Position numbers and translations under genes: made by a program. The notes below the pieces were generated by a model. The model had not been told where the DNA came from and searched no databases. It saw nothing but the letters and a program-made list of their open reading frames with translations. Positions 19,998 to 29,198 of a stretch of DNA of 64,000 nt are shown in pieces (position 1 is the first letter of the stretch; the number at the start of each line of letters is the position of its first letter). The DNA lies in contig CALJHX010000023.1 of assembly GCA_937770485.1 (NCBI GenBank), forward strand, positions 25,772 through 89,771. The letters run 5' to 3'. The stretch comes from an uncultured Verrucomicrobiae bacterium (GTDB lineage: Bacteria; Verrucomicrobiota; Verrucomicrobiia; Limisphaerales; UBA1096).

Positions 19998-20441
19998 TCA
20001 GAACGGAACGTCGTCGTCCCCGGGGCCGTCAACGGGCGGGCCGTCCGCGGGTTGGGATGGCGGGGGAGGTGCGGATTGCTGTGGGGCAGGGGAGCCGCCG
20101 TCACCTTGGCCACCACCAATGAATTCGAAGCGATCCAGCACGACGCCTAATTTGCTGCGTTTTTGACCGGTGGTTTTGTCATCCCATTGGTCAAACTTCA
20201 ACCTGCCCTCGATGTGAATCCCTTTTCCCTTCTGGAAATATTGCCCTATCACTTCGGCTTGTTTGCCGAAAGCTGTGATATCGATGTAGGTGACTTCCTC
20301 TTTTTGGTTCCCGTCCTGATCTTTCCAGCGCCGATTTGTTGCAATCCCGAAACCTGCGATAGCGGTTCCACTGGGCGTGTAGCGCAGTTCGGGGTCGCGG
20401 GTCAGGTTGCCCATCAGGATGACTTTATTGAAGCTTGCCAT
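19998..20441 (-). CDS. ssb: Single-stranded DNA-binding protein
   Basis: An OB-fold N-terminus (MASFNKVILMGNLTRDPELRYTPSG), a Gly/Pro-rich linker and an acidic tip DDDVPF. Confidence 0.92.
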   Translation of the reverse strand: MASFNKVILMGNLTRDPELRYTPSGTAIAGFGIATNRRWKDQDGNQKEEVTYIDITAFGKQAEVIGQYFQKGKGIHIEGRLKFDQWDDKTTGQKRSKLGVVLDRFEFIGGGQGDGGSPAPQQSAPPPPSQPADGPPVDGPGDDDVPF

Positions 20442-20483
20442 GACTTGAGTCTAGCGCAATTGGGGGTGGGTGGTCAATCCGCT

Positions 20484-20771
20484 TTAGCCCGGACACGTGA
20501 TGAAAACGCGGAAGACATCCTTGATTTTCAGCAGGCGCTTTTTCAGGTCGTTGGTCGCGGCGGGTTCGCCCTCAAACGTGACCTCGAGATAGAAGCCGTC
20601 CGGATTCTTGCGGTTGGCCACCCTGGCAAAATCCTTCTGGCCGACGGCGTTGAATTCGCCGGTTTTTCCGCCGGCCGTGTCTATCTCGGCCGAGATGAGG
20701 TTTTGCAGTTCCTCGACGGTGCTTTCACGTCCTGTTTCCTTCAGGATGATCGTCCCTTCGTATTTCGTCAT
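20484..20771 (-). CDS. rpsF: 30S ribosomal protein S6
   Basis: A 95-aa protein with MTKYEGTIILKE... and an S6-like fold pattern. It lies upstream of ssb, as in many bacteria. Confidence 0.85.
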   Translation of the reverse strand: MTKYEGTIILKETGRESTVEELQNLISAEIDTAGGKTGEFNAVGQKDFARVANRKNPDGFYLEVTFEGEPAATNDLKKRLLKIKDVFRVFITCPG

Positions 20772-21369
20772 CTGTCTTTTTTTCTGTTGGGGCGTAGTCC
20801 CCGTTGTATTCGTTCATTGCCTGGCCGATGCCTTGCAGCACCCAGCAGGCTAACTGGTCTGCCGCTGTTTCGAGGACTTTTTCGAGAAGCCCGGTCTCCG
20901 AGTCGGCGAATTTGCCGAGCACGAAGCCGGATACATCCCGGTTCGGTTTCGGCCTGCCAATCCCCAGCCGCAGCCGGGGAAAATCGTCTTTCCCGAGCAA
21001 TCCCTGTATGGAGTCCAAGCCCCGATGGCCGCCTGTCCCTCCGCCCGGCCGCATGCGTACGGCCCCGAGGGGCAGGTCGAGATCATCGACCACCACCATG
21101 ATTCGCCTGTTGGGAATCTGGTAGTACTGGGCCAAGGGCACCACGGATTGACCGCTCAAGTTCATGTAGCCCTGTGGCTTGCTAAGAAAGACGATGTTGC
21201 CGTCCTGCCTGCCTTTGGCCAGGTGGGCAGTGAACTTTTTGCTCGCTTCCCACTCAACACCCAAGCGCTTAGCCAAGCGCTTGAGAACCATGAACCCGAC
21301 ATTATGTCGGGTGGCTGCGTAATCCTTTCCTGGATTGCCCAAGCCCACGATCAGGAATGTCTCTTCCAT
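20725..21369 (-). CDS. pth: Peptidyl-tRNA hydrolase
   Basis: FLIVGLGNPGKDYAATRHNVGF and the HRGLDSI region. The 3' end overlaps the rpsF start by 47 nt. Confidence 0.9.
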   Translation of the reverse strand: MEETFLIVGLGNPGKDYAATRHNVGFMVLKRLAKRLGVEWEASKKFTAHLAKGRQDGNIVFLSKPQGYMNLSGQSVVPLAQYYQIPNRRIMVVVDDLDLPLGAVRMRPGGGTGGHRGLDSIQGLLGKDDFPRLRLGIGRPKPNRDVSGFVLGKFADSETGLLEKVLETAADQLACWVLQGIGQAMNEYNGDYAPTEKKTDDEIRRDDHPEGNRT

Positions 21370-21440
21370 GCGTGGGCCTTCTCAAAGAACACGACGCCTC
21401 AGCCCATTGGGCGGATCGTCGTTTGAAATTTTCAACCTTC

Positions 21441-22103
21441 CTACTTTTTCTCGCCAGCACCGGCATCAGCTTCCTTGGTGCCCTCTTCAGTAGTAGCTTC
21501 GCCCTCACCCTCGGCTGCTGCTGCTGCATCTTCTTCCTCGGCCTTGGCCATCATGCGTGAGGTGGTCACGCCGAGCACCTGAGCCTTCGGCTGGCCGATG
21601 GCGATGATTCCTTCGGGCAAAACAAGCTCCTCCAAGAGGATCGATTGGCCAACCTCCAGTTGGCTGATGTCAGGCTCGATACATTCGGGAATGTCAGCCG
21701 GTTTGCCGTTAAGTGTGATCGAGTGCATAGGCATCTGCAAGACGCCTCCCAGTTGGACGCCTACAGCGGTTCCGAGAGGCAGCAGCGGGACTTTGGCAGT
21801 GACGACACTGTCCTTGGTCAAGCGTTTGAAATCGACGTGAATAAAATGATTCGTCAGGGGGTTTTTCTGCGTTTCCTGAACCAGGGCCATGCTCTTTTTG
21901 CCATTAATATCCAATTCCACGAGGAAATTCTTGGCCACGGTGGACTTTACGGCCTTTTCAAACTGCTTGGTTTCGAGCTCGACAGATTCGGGTTCGCCAT
22001 TGCCATAGACGACAGCAGGCAAAGAGCCGGCGTTGCGGAGTTTTTTGCTGCCAATAGTCTTGGTCAACACACGCGGATTGGCCGCCAATGAGATTACTTT
22101 CAT
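21441..22103 (-). CDS. rplY: 50S ribosomal protein L25 / general stress protein Ctc
   Basis: A 220-aa protein with an L25/Ctc N-terminal domain (RNAGSLPAVVYGNG) and an acidic C-terminal tail. It is part of a conserved prs-ctc-pth cluster. Confidence 0.88.
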   Translation of the reverse strand: MKVISLAANPRVLTKTIGSKKLRNAGSLPAVVYGNGEPESVELETKQFEKAVKSTVAKNFLVELDINGKKSMALVQETQKNPLTNHFIHVDFKRLTKDSVVTAKVPLLPLGTAVGVQLGGVLQMPMHSITLNGKPADIPECIEPDISQLEVGQSILLEELVLPEGIIAIGQPKAQVLGVTTSRMMAKAEEEDAAAAAEGEGEATTEEGTKEADAGAGEKK

Positions 22104-22133
22104 TTTATTAAATAACTTGCTCCCCGAGGGAGC

Positions 22134-23078
22134 TCAGGTGGTGCGCGCTCCCTTAAATTGGAACAGCGAGTTCACCGAGGAATTGTTGTGTATTCGCTGG
22201 ATGGCTTCTCCCAGCAATCCCGCAACAGAGAGAGTTGTAATATTCAACCCCTCGATTTCGGGGCGGGGGACTGTATCAGTCGTTATCAATTCGTCAATAC
22301 AAGAGTTTTTCAGGCGGTCAATACCCAAATCATTGAGAATTGTGTGCGATACACAGGCTCGGACACTCAGCGCTCCGCGTTCCTTGAGAATGGCCGCAGC
22401 GTTGACTAGCGTACCGGCGGTTTCGGTGAGATCATCAACCAAAAGCGCATTTTTACCTTCAATTTCGCCAATTATGCCCACGGACTCTGTATCGGTGGCG
22501 CTCGTGCGGCGTTTGGCGACGATCGCCAAATCGGCTCCGAGCATTTCCGAATAGGCGTGAGCCATTTTCAGGCCACCCACATCCGGACTGACAACAACTT
22601 GATCGTCCCGCTTGGCGTACTTGAGATAGGCGAATATCACTGGCGAGGCGTACAAATGATCCACCGGAATGTCGAAAAAGCCCTGAATTTGCTGTGCGTG
22701 CAGATCCATCGTCAAAATTCGGTTGGCCCCGGCGGCCACCAGCAGATTGGCCACGAGTTTGGCCGAGATCGGCACTCGCGGCTGATCCTTCCGATCCTGC
22801 CGGGCATAGCCGTAATACGGCAGCACCGCCGTGATGCGGTCAGCGCTGGCCCGCTTGAGCGCGTCCATTATGATGAACAACTCCATCAAGTGATGGTTTG
22901 TCGGCGGGCAGGTCGCCTGGACGACGTACACATCCTCACCGCGGACGTTCTCCTCGATCTTGGCGAAAGTCTCGCCGTCGGGGAAGGCGGTGATGGTGAG
23001 TTTTCCCGGGTCGATGCCAATGTTGCTGCAGATGGCATCGGCAAGCGGTAGGTTGGAACTGCCGGCAAATATTTTCAC
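22134..23078 (-). CDS. prs: Ribose-phosphate pyrophosphokinase
   Basis: GTG start (M)KIFAGSSN, with YYGYARQDRK and the PRPP-binding loop LLVDDLTETAGTL. Confidence 0.93.
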   Translation of the reverse strand: MKIFAGSSNLPLADAICSNIGIDPGKLTITAFPDGETFAKIEENVRGEDVYVVQATCPPTNHHLMELFIIMDALKRASADRITAVLPYYGYARQDRKDQPRVPISAKLVANLLVAAGANRILTMDLHAQQIQGFFDIPVDHLYASPVIFAYLKYAKRDDQVVVSPDVGGLKMAHAYSEMLGADLAIVAKRRTSATDTESVGIIGEIEGKNALLVDDLTETAGTLVNAAAILKERGALSVRACVSHTILNDLGIDRLKNSCIDELITTDTVPRPEIEGLNITTLSVAGLLGEAIQRIHNNSSVNSLFQFKGARTT

Positions 23079-23608
23079 GTCAGGTTTCGGTGTGGTCTGG
23101 GTTTCGGTTGTCGCTGCAGATTAGCCCTGCTCGCGACTGCGGAAAAGTAACAATTGCCAAACACCAATCAAGCGCATTCGTGCGCTTATGAAAAAATTAC
23201 AACATCGCTCCCCCTCGCTTGGCCAGAGGCTCCCGTGCTTCATCATGGGGTAAAGCCCAGATTCGTTTCTTTTTTTGCCCTTGACTGAGGGGGTGCAGCC
23301 ACAGGCCTCAATCCCTGAATATTCTATGATTTGTTCTTCAAAAAGAGCATTCACGGGTCTTTCGACGGATGAGATTAGTGTGGTCTGCGTTGGGCCGGTT
23401 TTGTTATCCGTTGCCTTCGGCCAAAACAGCTTCATTATTTTCATCTATCAGTTCTTTGGAAACCTGCGGGTCGTGCATTTTGGCTCCGGTTGTTGCGTTG
23501 GCGCGGCACCTCCACAAAACTCGCATCTGCGATGATTCCCTTCCAATCCACCCTCCTTCGGTGAGGTTTTTTTCAAACCGCGGGCACCCTGCCCCGCTTG
23601 GTCAAGGG

Positions 23609-24613
23609 CTAAAACCGGTTGAGGAAGCGGAGGTCGTTTTCGTAGAACAGGCGAATGTCGCTGATGCCGTAGCGGATCATAGCGATACGCTCGATGCCGA
23701 AGCCGAACGCCCAGCCGCTCCATTCTTCAGGGTCGTACCCGACGTTCTCAAACACCGTCGGGTGTACCATGCCGCAGCCGGCGATCTCGAGCCATTCCTT
23801 CCCCATCTTGCGGACGAGGGGGCTGCTGAAGTCGATCTCGAGGCTCGGCTCGGTGTAGGAAAAGTAATGCGGCCGGAACCGCAGTTTAACTTCCTTGCCG
23901 AGCAGTTCCTTAAACACAAACTCGACCGTGCCCTTGAGGTCGGCCATCGTCACGTTCCTGTCCACGTACAGGCCCTCGATCTGGTGGAAGGTCGGGTTGT
24001 GAGTGGCGTCGGCGGTGTCGCGGCGGTACACGCGGCCCGGCACGATGATGCGGATCGGCGGCGGGCTTTGCTCCATCACGCGAATCTGCACGGACGACGT
24101 GTGGGTGCGGAGCAGCGGCCGGTCGGCGGTGTCCAGAAAGAAGGTGTCCTGCGTGTCGCGGGCGGGATGATCGGCGGGAGTGTTAAGGGCGTCGAAGCAG
24201 TAACGCTCGCTCTCGATCTCCGGGCCGTCGGCCACGGCGAAGCCGATTTTGCGGAAGCTGCGGACGATGTCCTCGGTGACTTGGGTGAGCGGGTGCTGCT
24301 TGCCAAGCGGACGGCGGCGTCCCGGCGCGGTGAAGTCGGTGGCGCGTTGCGGGGCGGCGGCGGCGAGTTCGAGCTCCTCGCGACGGCGGTCGAGCGTCTG
24401 GGTGAGTTCGGCCTTGGCCAGGTTGATCGCCTTGCCGGCGGCGGGGCGTTCCTCCTTGGCCAAGGCACCCATCTGCTTGAGCAGTCCGGTGAACTGACCA
24501 TTGGTGCCGAGGTACTGGACGCGCACGTCGTCGAGTTTGGACAAGGTGTCGGCGGCTTGGAGTGCCTGCAGTGCGGCTTCCTTTAGCGGGGTGATTTCGT
24601 CCAGGAATGACAT
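23609..24613 (-). CDS. pheS: Phenylalanine--tRNA ligase alpha subunit
   Basis: The start is the ATG at 24613 (MSFLDEITPLKEA). Class II motifs are present (FRPHYFSYTEPS, GFGIERIAMIRYGI). Confidence 0.93.
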   Translation of the reverse strand: MSFLDEITPLKEAALQALQAADTLSKLDDVRVQYLGTNGQFTGLLKQMGALAKEERPAAGKAINLAKAELTQTLDRRREELELAAAAPQRATDFTAPGRRRPLGKQHPLTQVTEDIVRSFRKIGFAVADGPEIESERYCFDALNTPADHPARDTQDTFFLDTADRPLLRTHTSSVQIRVMEQSPPPIRIIVPGRVYRRDTADATHNPTFHQIEGLYVDRNVTMADLKGTVEFVFKELLGKEVKLRFRPHYFSYTEPSLEIDFSSPLVRKMGKEWLEIAGCGMVHPTVFENVGYDPEEWSGWAFGFGIERIAMIRYGISDIRLFYENDLRFLNRF

Positions 24614-24692
24614 GGTCAGGTTTCCTTGGTTTGGAAACAAAGAGGGCGGCCATTAAAGACCGCCCACTCAAAAAGTCAACTTGGCCAAGCTC

Positions 24693-25055
24693 TCAGCCTT
24701 TGGCCTCGAGCGCACTCTTGGCGGTGTTCACGAGTTCGCCGAACGCGGCCGAGTCGGTGGCGGCCAGATCGGCGAGCACCTTGCGATTGACCTCGACCTT
24801 GGCGGCCTTGAGGCCCTCGATGAAGCGGCTGTAAGTGATGCCGGCGTCGCGGGCAGCGGCGTTGATGCGTAGATTCCAAAGGGCGCGGAAGGTGCGCTTT
24901 TTGTTTTTGCGATCGCGATAGGCGTATTGGCGCCCGTGCTCGATGGCATCCTTGGCATAGCGATAAAGCTTGGATCGACGCAGACGGAAGCCCTTGGCGG
25001 CTTCGATCATACGTTTGCGGCGTTTGCGGGAGGCGGATGCGTTGGTGACTCTCAT
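24693..25055 (-). CDS. rplT: 50S ribosomal protein L20
   Basis: A 120-aa protein with RRKRMIEAAKGFRLRRSKLYRYAKDA...RDRKNKKRTFRALWNLRINAAAR. Confidence 0.93.
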   Translation of the reverse strand: MRVTNASASRKRRKRMIEAAKGFRLRRSKLYRYAKDAIEHGRQYAYRDRKNKKRTFRALWNLRINAAARDAGITYSRFIEGLKAAKVEVNRKVLADLAATDSAAFGELVNTAKSALEAKG

Positions 25056-25103
25056 GGCTGCTTATAAATAAAACGGGGTTGATTGGGCTAAATTGATAAA
25101 GCG

Positions 25104-25316
25104 TCAGTGGCTGAAGGGTAGATTCTCCATCACCCGGGCGTAATCGGTCTTGTCCACGAGTGCCGGGGTACGGAGTTTGCGGCGGCGCTTGGCGTTTTTA
25201 CTGGCCATAAGATGACGCTTTCCGGGGCGATTGCGGACGATCTTGCCCGTGCCGGTGATTTTGAACCGCTTGGCTACCGACTTACGCGTCTTGATTGATT
25301 TAGGTTTCTTCTGCAT
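25104..25316 (-). CDS. rpmI: 50S ribosomal protein L35
   Basis: A 70-aa basic protein with KTRKSVAKRFKITGTGKIVRNRPGKRH. It lies upstream of rplT. Confidence 0.9.
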   Translation of the reverse strand: MQKKPKSIKTRKSVAKRFKITGTGKIVRNRPGKRHLMASKNAKRRRKLRTPALVDKTDYARVMENLPFSH

Positions 25317-25463
25317 CTAAATGTGGCCCCCTTACCTTAAAAAAGGAAAGGAAACCTAGTCAGTTTTCTGGGACTGTTCAAGCCATTTTTAAACTATTTT
25401 ATTTTTTGTGGCTGGAGTGCGCTTGGCCAAGGGGCTACAACTCCGCACCCGATTTTTGACAAT

Positions 25464-26726
25464 ATGAACAAAACAACATTTTTTACGGCGGTGATCCTGC
25501 CGTTTGGACTGCTTTCAGCCCAAGCGGCGGACAAGGTGCTTTTTGAGGATTCCAGCTTTTCCAAGGAGGGCTGGAGTGAATTCGCTGAGATTCCCGATAC
25601 CGACGGCTGGGAGGTGAAACGCCGCAACCTCGGCGAACTCGCTCAAGCCGTGGTGCAGGAAGTCACGATTGAGGGTGGTGGCGGCATTTTCCTGAGCGCA
25701 GGGGAGGGCAGTTATGCCTCCGTACTTCGCTCGGAAGGCGTGATTTACGCAATGAGATCCCGTAATGGCGAACAATCGCTTGTTGGTCAGGCCGATGTCA
25801 CCGGCAAGGTTGGACTGCGGCTTGGCTTCGACGGGGCATTTCTCATTTACGAATACCGCTCCGGCGACGAGTGGAGCCGCCTTGGCAAATCCGACATTGT
25901 TGGCGTGGTGTCGTACACCGGCGGGATTTCCACCCCGAACCGCGCTAACGGGATGAGCGGCTACCGCGTCGCCGAGATCGAGTCGCTGAAAGGCGTGCGA
26001 TTCGGCTACACCAACACGCCCAAGATTCCCGGCACGCCGTGGGTGGTGCACGACCCGTTCCGCCCGCAGCCTCGACAAATCAACCCCGGCACAGTGGCGC
26101 CGCGGGACGAGCCGGGCACGCCGCCGTCGGACGCCATCGTGCTGTTTGACGGCACAAACCTTGATGCATGGGATGACGGCAAAGGCAACCCGCCGAAGTG
26201 GACAGTTCGCGACGGCTTCTTCGAGTGCGGCAAAAAATCTGGCACGATCCAGACCCGGCAGAAATTTGGTAGCGTGCAGTTGCACATCGAGTGGGCATCG
26301 CCGTCGGAGGTGAAGGGCAGCAGCCAGGGCCGGGGTAACTCGGGGGTCTATCTCGCCGGGCTTTACGAGGTGCAGGTGCAGGACAACTACGACAACCTTA
26401 CCTACCCGGACGGACAGGCCAGTTCTCTATACGGCTTCCGCCCGCCGCGCGTGAACGTCAGCCGGCGGCCGGGTGAGTGGCAGGCTTACGACATCATTTT
26501 CGAGATGCCCGAATTTTCGGACGGAAAAGTGGTTAAGAAGGCTCTTATCACCGTGCTGCATAACGGCGTGGTCACGCAGCACGGCGTGGAGATTCCCGGC
26601 ATTCTTGGGCACAAGAAAACCCAGCCGTACCGCGTGCACGGCCCTGGTCACATCAAGTTGCAGGATCACGGCAACCCGGTGCGATACCGCAACATCTGGA
26701 TTCGGGAACTAAAGCCGATCCAATAA
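25464..26726 (+). CDS. Secreted protein with a C-terminal DUF1080 (3-keto-disaccharide hydrolase-like) domain
   Basis: A signal peptide is present. The C-terminal 200 aa show the DUF1080 pattern (KWTVRDGFFECG...GNSGVYLAG..YEVQVQDNY...IKLQDHGNPVRYRNIWIREL). Confidence 0.75.
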   Translation: MNKTTFFTAVILPFGLLSAQAADKVLFEDSSFSKEGWSEFAEIPDTDGWEVKRRNLGELAQAVVQEVTIEGGGGIFLSAGEGSYASVLRSEGVIYAMRSRNGEQSLVGQADVTGKVGLRLGFDGAFLIYEYRSGDEWSRLGKSDIVGVVSYTGGISTPNRANGMSGYRVAEIESLKGVRFGYTNTPKIPGTPWVVHDPFRPQPRQINPGTVAPRDEPGTPPSDAIVLFDGTNLDAWDDGKGNPPKWTVRDGFFECGKKSGTIQTRQKFGSVQLHIEWASPSEVKGSSQGRGNSGVYLAGLYEVQVQDNYDNLTYPDGQASSLYGFRPPRVNVSRRPGEWQAYDIIFEMPEFSDGKVVKKALITVLHNGVVTQHGVEIPGILGHKKTQPYRVHGPGHIKLQDHGNPVRYRNIWIRELKPIQ

Positions 26727-26729
26727 TCC

Positions 26730-27104
26730 GTGGCGGACGAACAACTCGAAAAAGTATCTGCGGCGCTTGGGTTGCAAAAGTTTGAGCGCCATATTCTTCT
26801 CTGTGCCGACCAAACCAAACCGGAGTGCTGCTCCAAGGCGGCCGGCCTCGAGTCGTGGGCGTTCTTGAAAACACGGCTCAAGGAGCTCGACCTCGTTTGT
26901 CTAGAGCCAAAAGTCTACCGGACCAAGGCCAACTGCCTCCGCGTTTGCACACGCGGCCCCATCGCGGTCGTCTATCCCGAGGGTGCCTGGTACCACTCCT
27001 GCACGCCGGAAGTCCTCGAGCGCATCATTCAGGAACACCTCATCAACGGTCAAGTCGTCGAGGAATTCTGCTTCGCCAAAAACCCGCTTGGCCAAGAGGG
27101 GTAG
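26730..27104 (+). CDS. Thioredoxin-like [2Fe-2S] ferredoxin-domain protein
   Basis: A 124-aa protein with [14 protein letters not shown] ... [20 protein letters not shown], the Cys pattern and context of the TRX-like ferredoxin family. Confidence 0.65.
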   Translation: MADEQLEKVSAALGLQKFERHILLCADQTKPECCSKAAGLESWAFLKTRLKELDLVCLEPKVYRTKANCLRVCTRGPIAVVYPEGAWYHSCTPEVLERIIQEHLINGQVVEEFCFAKNPLGQEG

Positions 27105-27517
27105 CTCCTGATTTACAGATCAAAAAACGATCAGCCGATAGCTTGAACCGTTTGCAGGTTTTTTGAATATGCGACACAAGGTTTCGTTCTCCACGGAGGA
27201 TGCGTGCTGCCAGAGTTCGGTCCGCCTCAAGCAATCGCCTCAAGCCGGCGCCGCTCATTCCGTTCTCCTCGCAGAGATACCGGGGAATCTCGTGGGTGTG
27301 TTTTTTTTCTTGGCACGGGATGCGCCTTGTTCTCGTATTGCTCGATGAAGCTCGTAAGCGCCTCCAAGTAGTCATCTTGATCCTTCGTCAACTGGTGCCC
27401 CGCCATCACCGATGCCAACTCATAAGCCTCGTCGCTCTCGGCAACCGAGCGAATGGGCGAGGCAAAAGCACTCGGCAAAGCCCAGCGTAATCCTTCGGAA
27501 ACTCCGCAAACTTCCAA
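27043..27517 (-). pseudogene. higA: HigA-type antitoxin (N-terminal helical part plus HTH), split by a frameshift at a homopolymer
   Basis: The N-terminal part (frame of ORF 27227..27517) reads PIRSVAESDEAYELASVMAGHQLTKDQDDYLEALTSFIEQYENKAHPVP. The HTH part (frame of ORF 27043..27375) reads THEIPRYLCEENGMSGAGLRRLLEADRTLAARILRGERNLVSHIQKTCKRFKLSADRFL. The frames switch at the T8/A8 run at 27301-27308. Confidence 0.6.
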
Positions 27518-27543
27518 TTGTTTCGGCGTGTTTTTTTCCCATT

Positions 27544-27839
27544 TCAGTTTTCGTTGTCGTATTCCGCGTGTGTCAAAAACCGCAGTGTAAAGATGTGTTG
27601 CTGGTTAAAGTGAATGGCGGCAATGGAGCAAAACCGCTTACCGGCGATGTTGAAAACGAACACCGGCCTACCGCTGCCCGCAGTCACGCGATCCACCAAT
27701 GCAAACGGGCTGCGGATATCCACAAACCGCTTCCACTTGGCGTCTTTTAAGACTGCCAGCCAACACTCAAAGGCGGGTCGAGTGGGCGGATGCCGTCGCG
27801 TTCACGACGCTCTCCTTCCGGTGGTTTCACCACACGCAA
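27544..27839 (-). pseudogene. higB: HigB-type (RelE/ParE superfamily) toxin lacking an in-frame start; the N-terminus appears to lie in another frame
   Basis: My own minus-strand translation gives ...AFECWLAVLKDAKWKRFVDIRSPFALVDRVTAGSGRPVFVFNIAGKRFCSIAAIHFNQQHIFTLRFLTHAEYDNEN*, with the stop at 27544-27546. This frame is closed upstream by a TGA and has no ATG, GTG or TTG before the conserved core. A plausible N-terminus (L/M)RVVKPP... sits in a different frame starting at the TTG at 27839. Confidence 0.55.
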
Positions 27840-27857
27840 GATGTCAACGAAGAAAAG

Positions 27858-29150
27858 TTATTTTTTGGCTTGTCTTGTGAAGCGGGCGGCGTAGGCGCCG
27901 TCGGTGTGGTCCTCGACCGGGTGCAGTGAACGCTCGGCGGCGAGTCGCCACCCGGGGTGTGCCTCGAGGAATCGCGCGACGAGTTGCTCGTTCTCCTCTG
28001 GCTCGATGCTGCATGTGCTGTAAACGAGTTGGCCTTCCGGCTTGGTGTGTGCCGCCGCTTGGGCAAGCAGTTTGAGCTGTTCGTCGGCGAGTCGCCTGGC
28101 TCCGCCGGGGCTGAGCCGCCAGCGCAGGTCGAGCCGGCGACGCATCACGCCGGTGTTCGAGCAGGGGACATCGACCAGCACCCGGTCATACTTACCCGTC
28201 GCCGTGGCATCCGCTTGGCCAAGCGTGGCGCAGGTGACGCGCATACGATCGCAGTTTTCGCGCAGCAACTTGAGCCTCGACTCGCTGTTGTCGAGCGCAC
28301 TGAGTTGACCTTCGTTTTTCATGCGGTCGGCGATGTGGCAGGTCTTACCGCCGGGCGCGGCGCAGAGGTCGAGCACGGCATGGCCGGGCTGCGGATCGAG
28401 CAGGGAGACGGAGAGCAGTGTGCTGGGATCCTGCACGTAGAAAAGCCCGTCGCGGAAGCTGCCGAGTGACTCGAGCGAGGGATGTTTGCGCAGGTGAAAC
28501 AGGTCGCCGGTTGCGGCCCAGTCGAAGTCGGTCGGCGACGCCTCGACACCTTCGTCCTCCCAGCGCTTGGCGAGGCGCTGGGGGTCGGTGAGTAGTCGGT
28601 TGACGCGAGCGCAGGTCGGGGCTGGCTGGTTGTTCCACTCCATGAGGCGGACGGTTTTTTCGCGACCCCAGCGTTGTTCCCACTGCTCGTAAAGCCAGTC
28701 GGGGTGGGATTGGGCAAGCGCCGGTCGAGCGTCCTGCAAGTCGGCGATATCGCGGGTGATTTGTTCCCGATCACGCAGGAAGCGCCGCATCAAGGCGTTG
28801 ATGAACCCGGCTTGGCCGAGGCATTTCTCGGCCTTGGCCAATCGGACGCTCTCATCGACGATCGCGTGCTCGGGGATGCGGCTGAGAAAGAAAATCTGGT
28901 ACAGGCCCAGCCGGAGAATCTCCCGCACGGCTGGCTTTTGTTCTCGGCCCTCGGTGGTGCGCTCGATCAGCCAGTCGAGCAATCGACGCCAGCGCACGCA
29001 GCCGGAGACGAGTACGCGGCAGAGGCCGGTGTCGGCGGGGGAGAGGGTGGCGGACTGAAACTCGCGGGAGAGGATCGGCTCGACGGCCCTGTGAGTTTCC
29101 TGCGAATGCAGCAACGATTGGAGAGCAATTTGTCTTGGTTTCTTTCCCAT
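27858..29150 (-). CDS. rsmB: 16S rRNA (cytosine967-C5)-methyltransferase RsmB/Sun
   Basis: A NusB-like N-terminal domain followed by a SAM-dependent m5C methyltransferase core (VLDLCAAPGGKT, DRVLVDVPCSNTGV, LVYSTCS). The start is set at the ATG at 29150. Confidence 0.88.
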   Translation of the reverse strand: MGKKPRQIALQSLLHSQETHRAVEPILSREFQSATLSPADTGLCRVLVSGCVRWRRLLDWLIERTTEGREQKPAVREILRLGLYQIFFLSRIPEHAIVDESVRLAKAEKCLGQAGFINALMRRFLRDREQITRDIADLQDARPALAQSHPDWLYEQWEQRWGREKTVRLMEWNNQPAPTCARVNRLLTDPQRLAKRWEDEGVEASPTDFDWAATGDLFHLRKHPSLESLGSFRDGLFYVQDPSTLLSVSLLDPQPGHAVLDLCAAPGGKTCHIADRMKNEGQLSALDNSESRLKLLRENCDRMRVTCATLGQADATATGKYDRVLVDVPCSNTGVMRRRLDLRWRLSPGGARRLADEQLKLLAQAAAHTKPEGQLVYSTCSIEPEENEQLVARFLEAHPGWRLAAERSLHPVEDHTDGAYAARFTRQAKK

Positions 29151-29198
29151 CACGGCGCTAGGATGCCGGCTTTGGCGGCGCAGGCCGAGTTTTACCTG

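Noticed and set aside
23121-23444. A 107-aa minus-strand ORF, with the overlapping 86-aa plus-strand ORF 23275..23535
   Set aside because: Neither has an RBS, a recognisable family or a convincing composition. They are kept only as part of the unassigned spacer finding.
23369-24586. A 405-aa plus-strand ORF
   Set aside because: It lies entirely antisense to the well-supported pheS gene. Its composition (G/A/V/R-rich, no recognisable motifs) is typical of stop-free shadow frames in GC-rich DNA.
27301-27308. Programmed ribosomal frameshifting at the A8/T8 run in the higA-like gene
   Set aside because: No slippery-heptamer/stimulator arrangement is evident, and the partner toxin gene is also out of frame. 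A simple indel, from decay or sequencing error, is more parsimonious.
28674-29198. An N-terminal extension of about 175 aa on the long Gre-family ORF
   Set aside because: This part is antisense to rsmB and has no family similarity. The real start is placed at an internal ATG (29163-29211).
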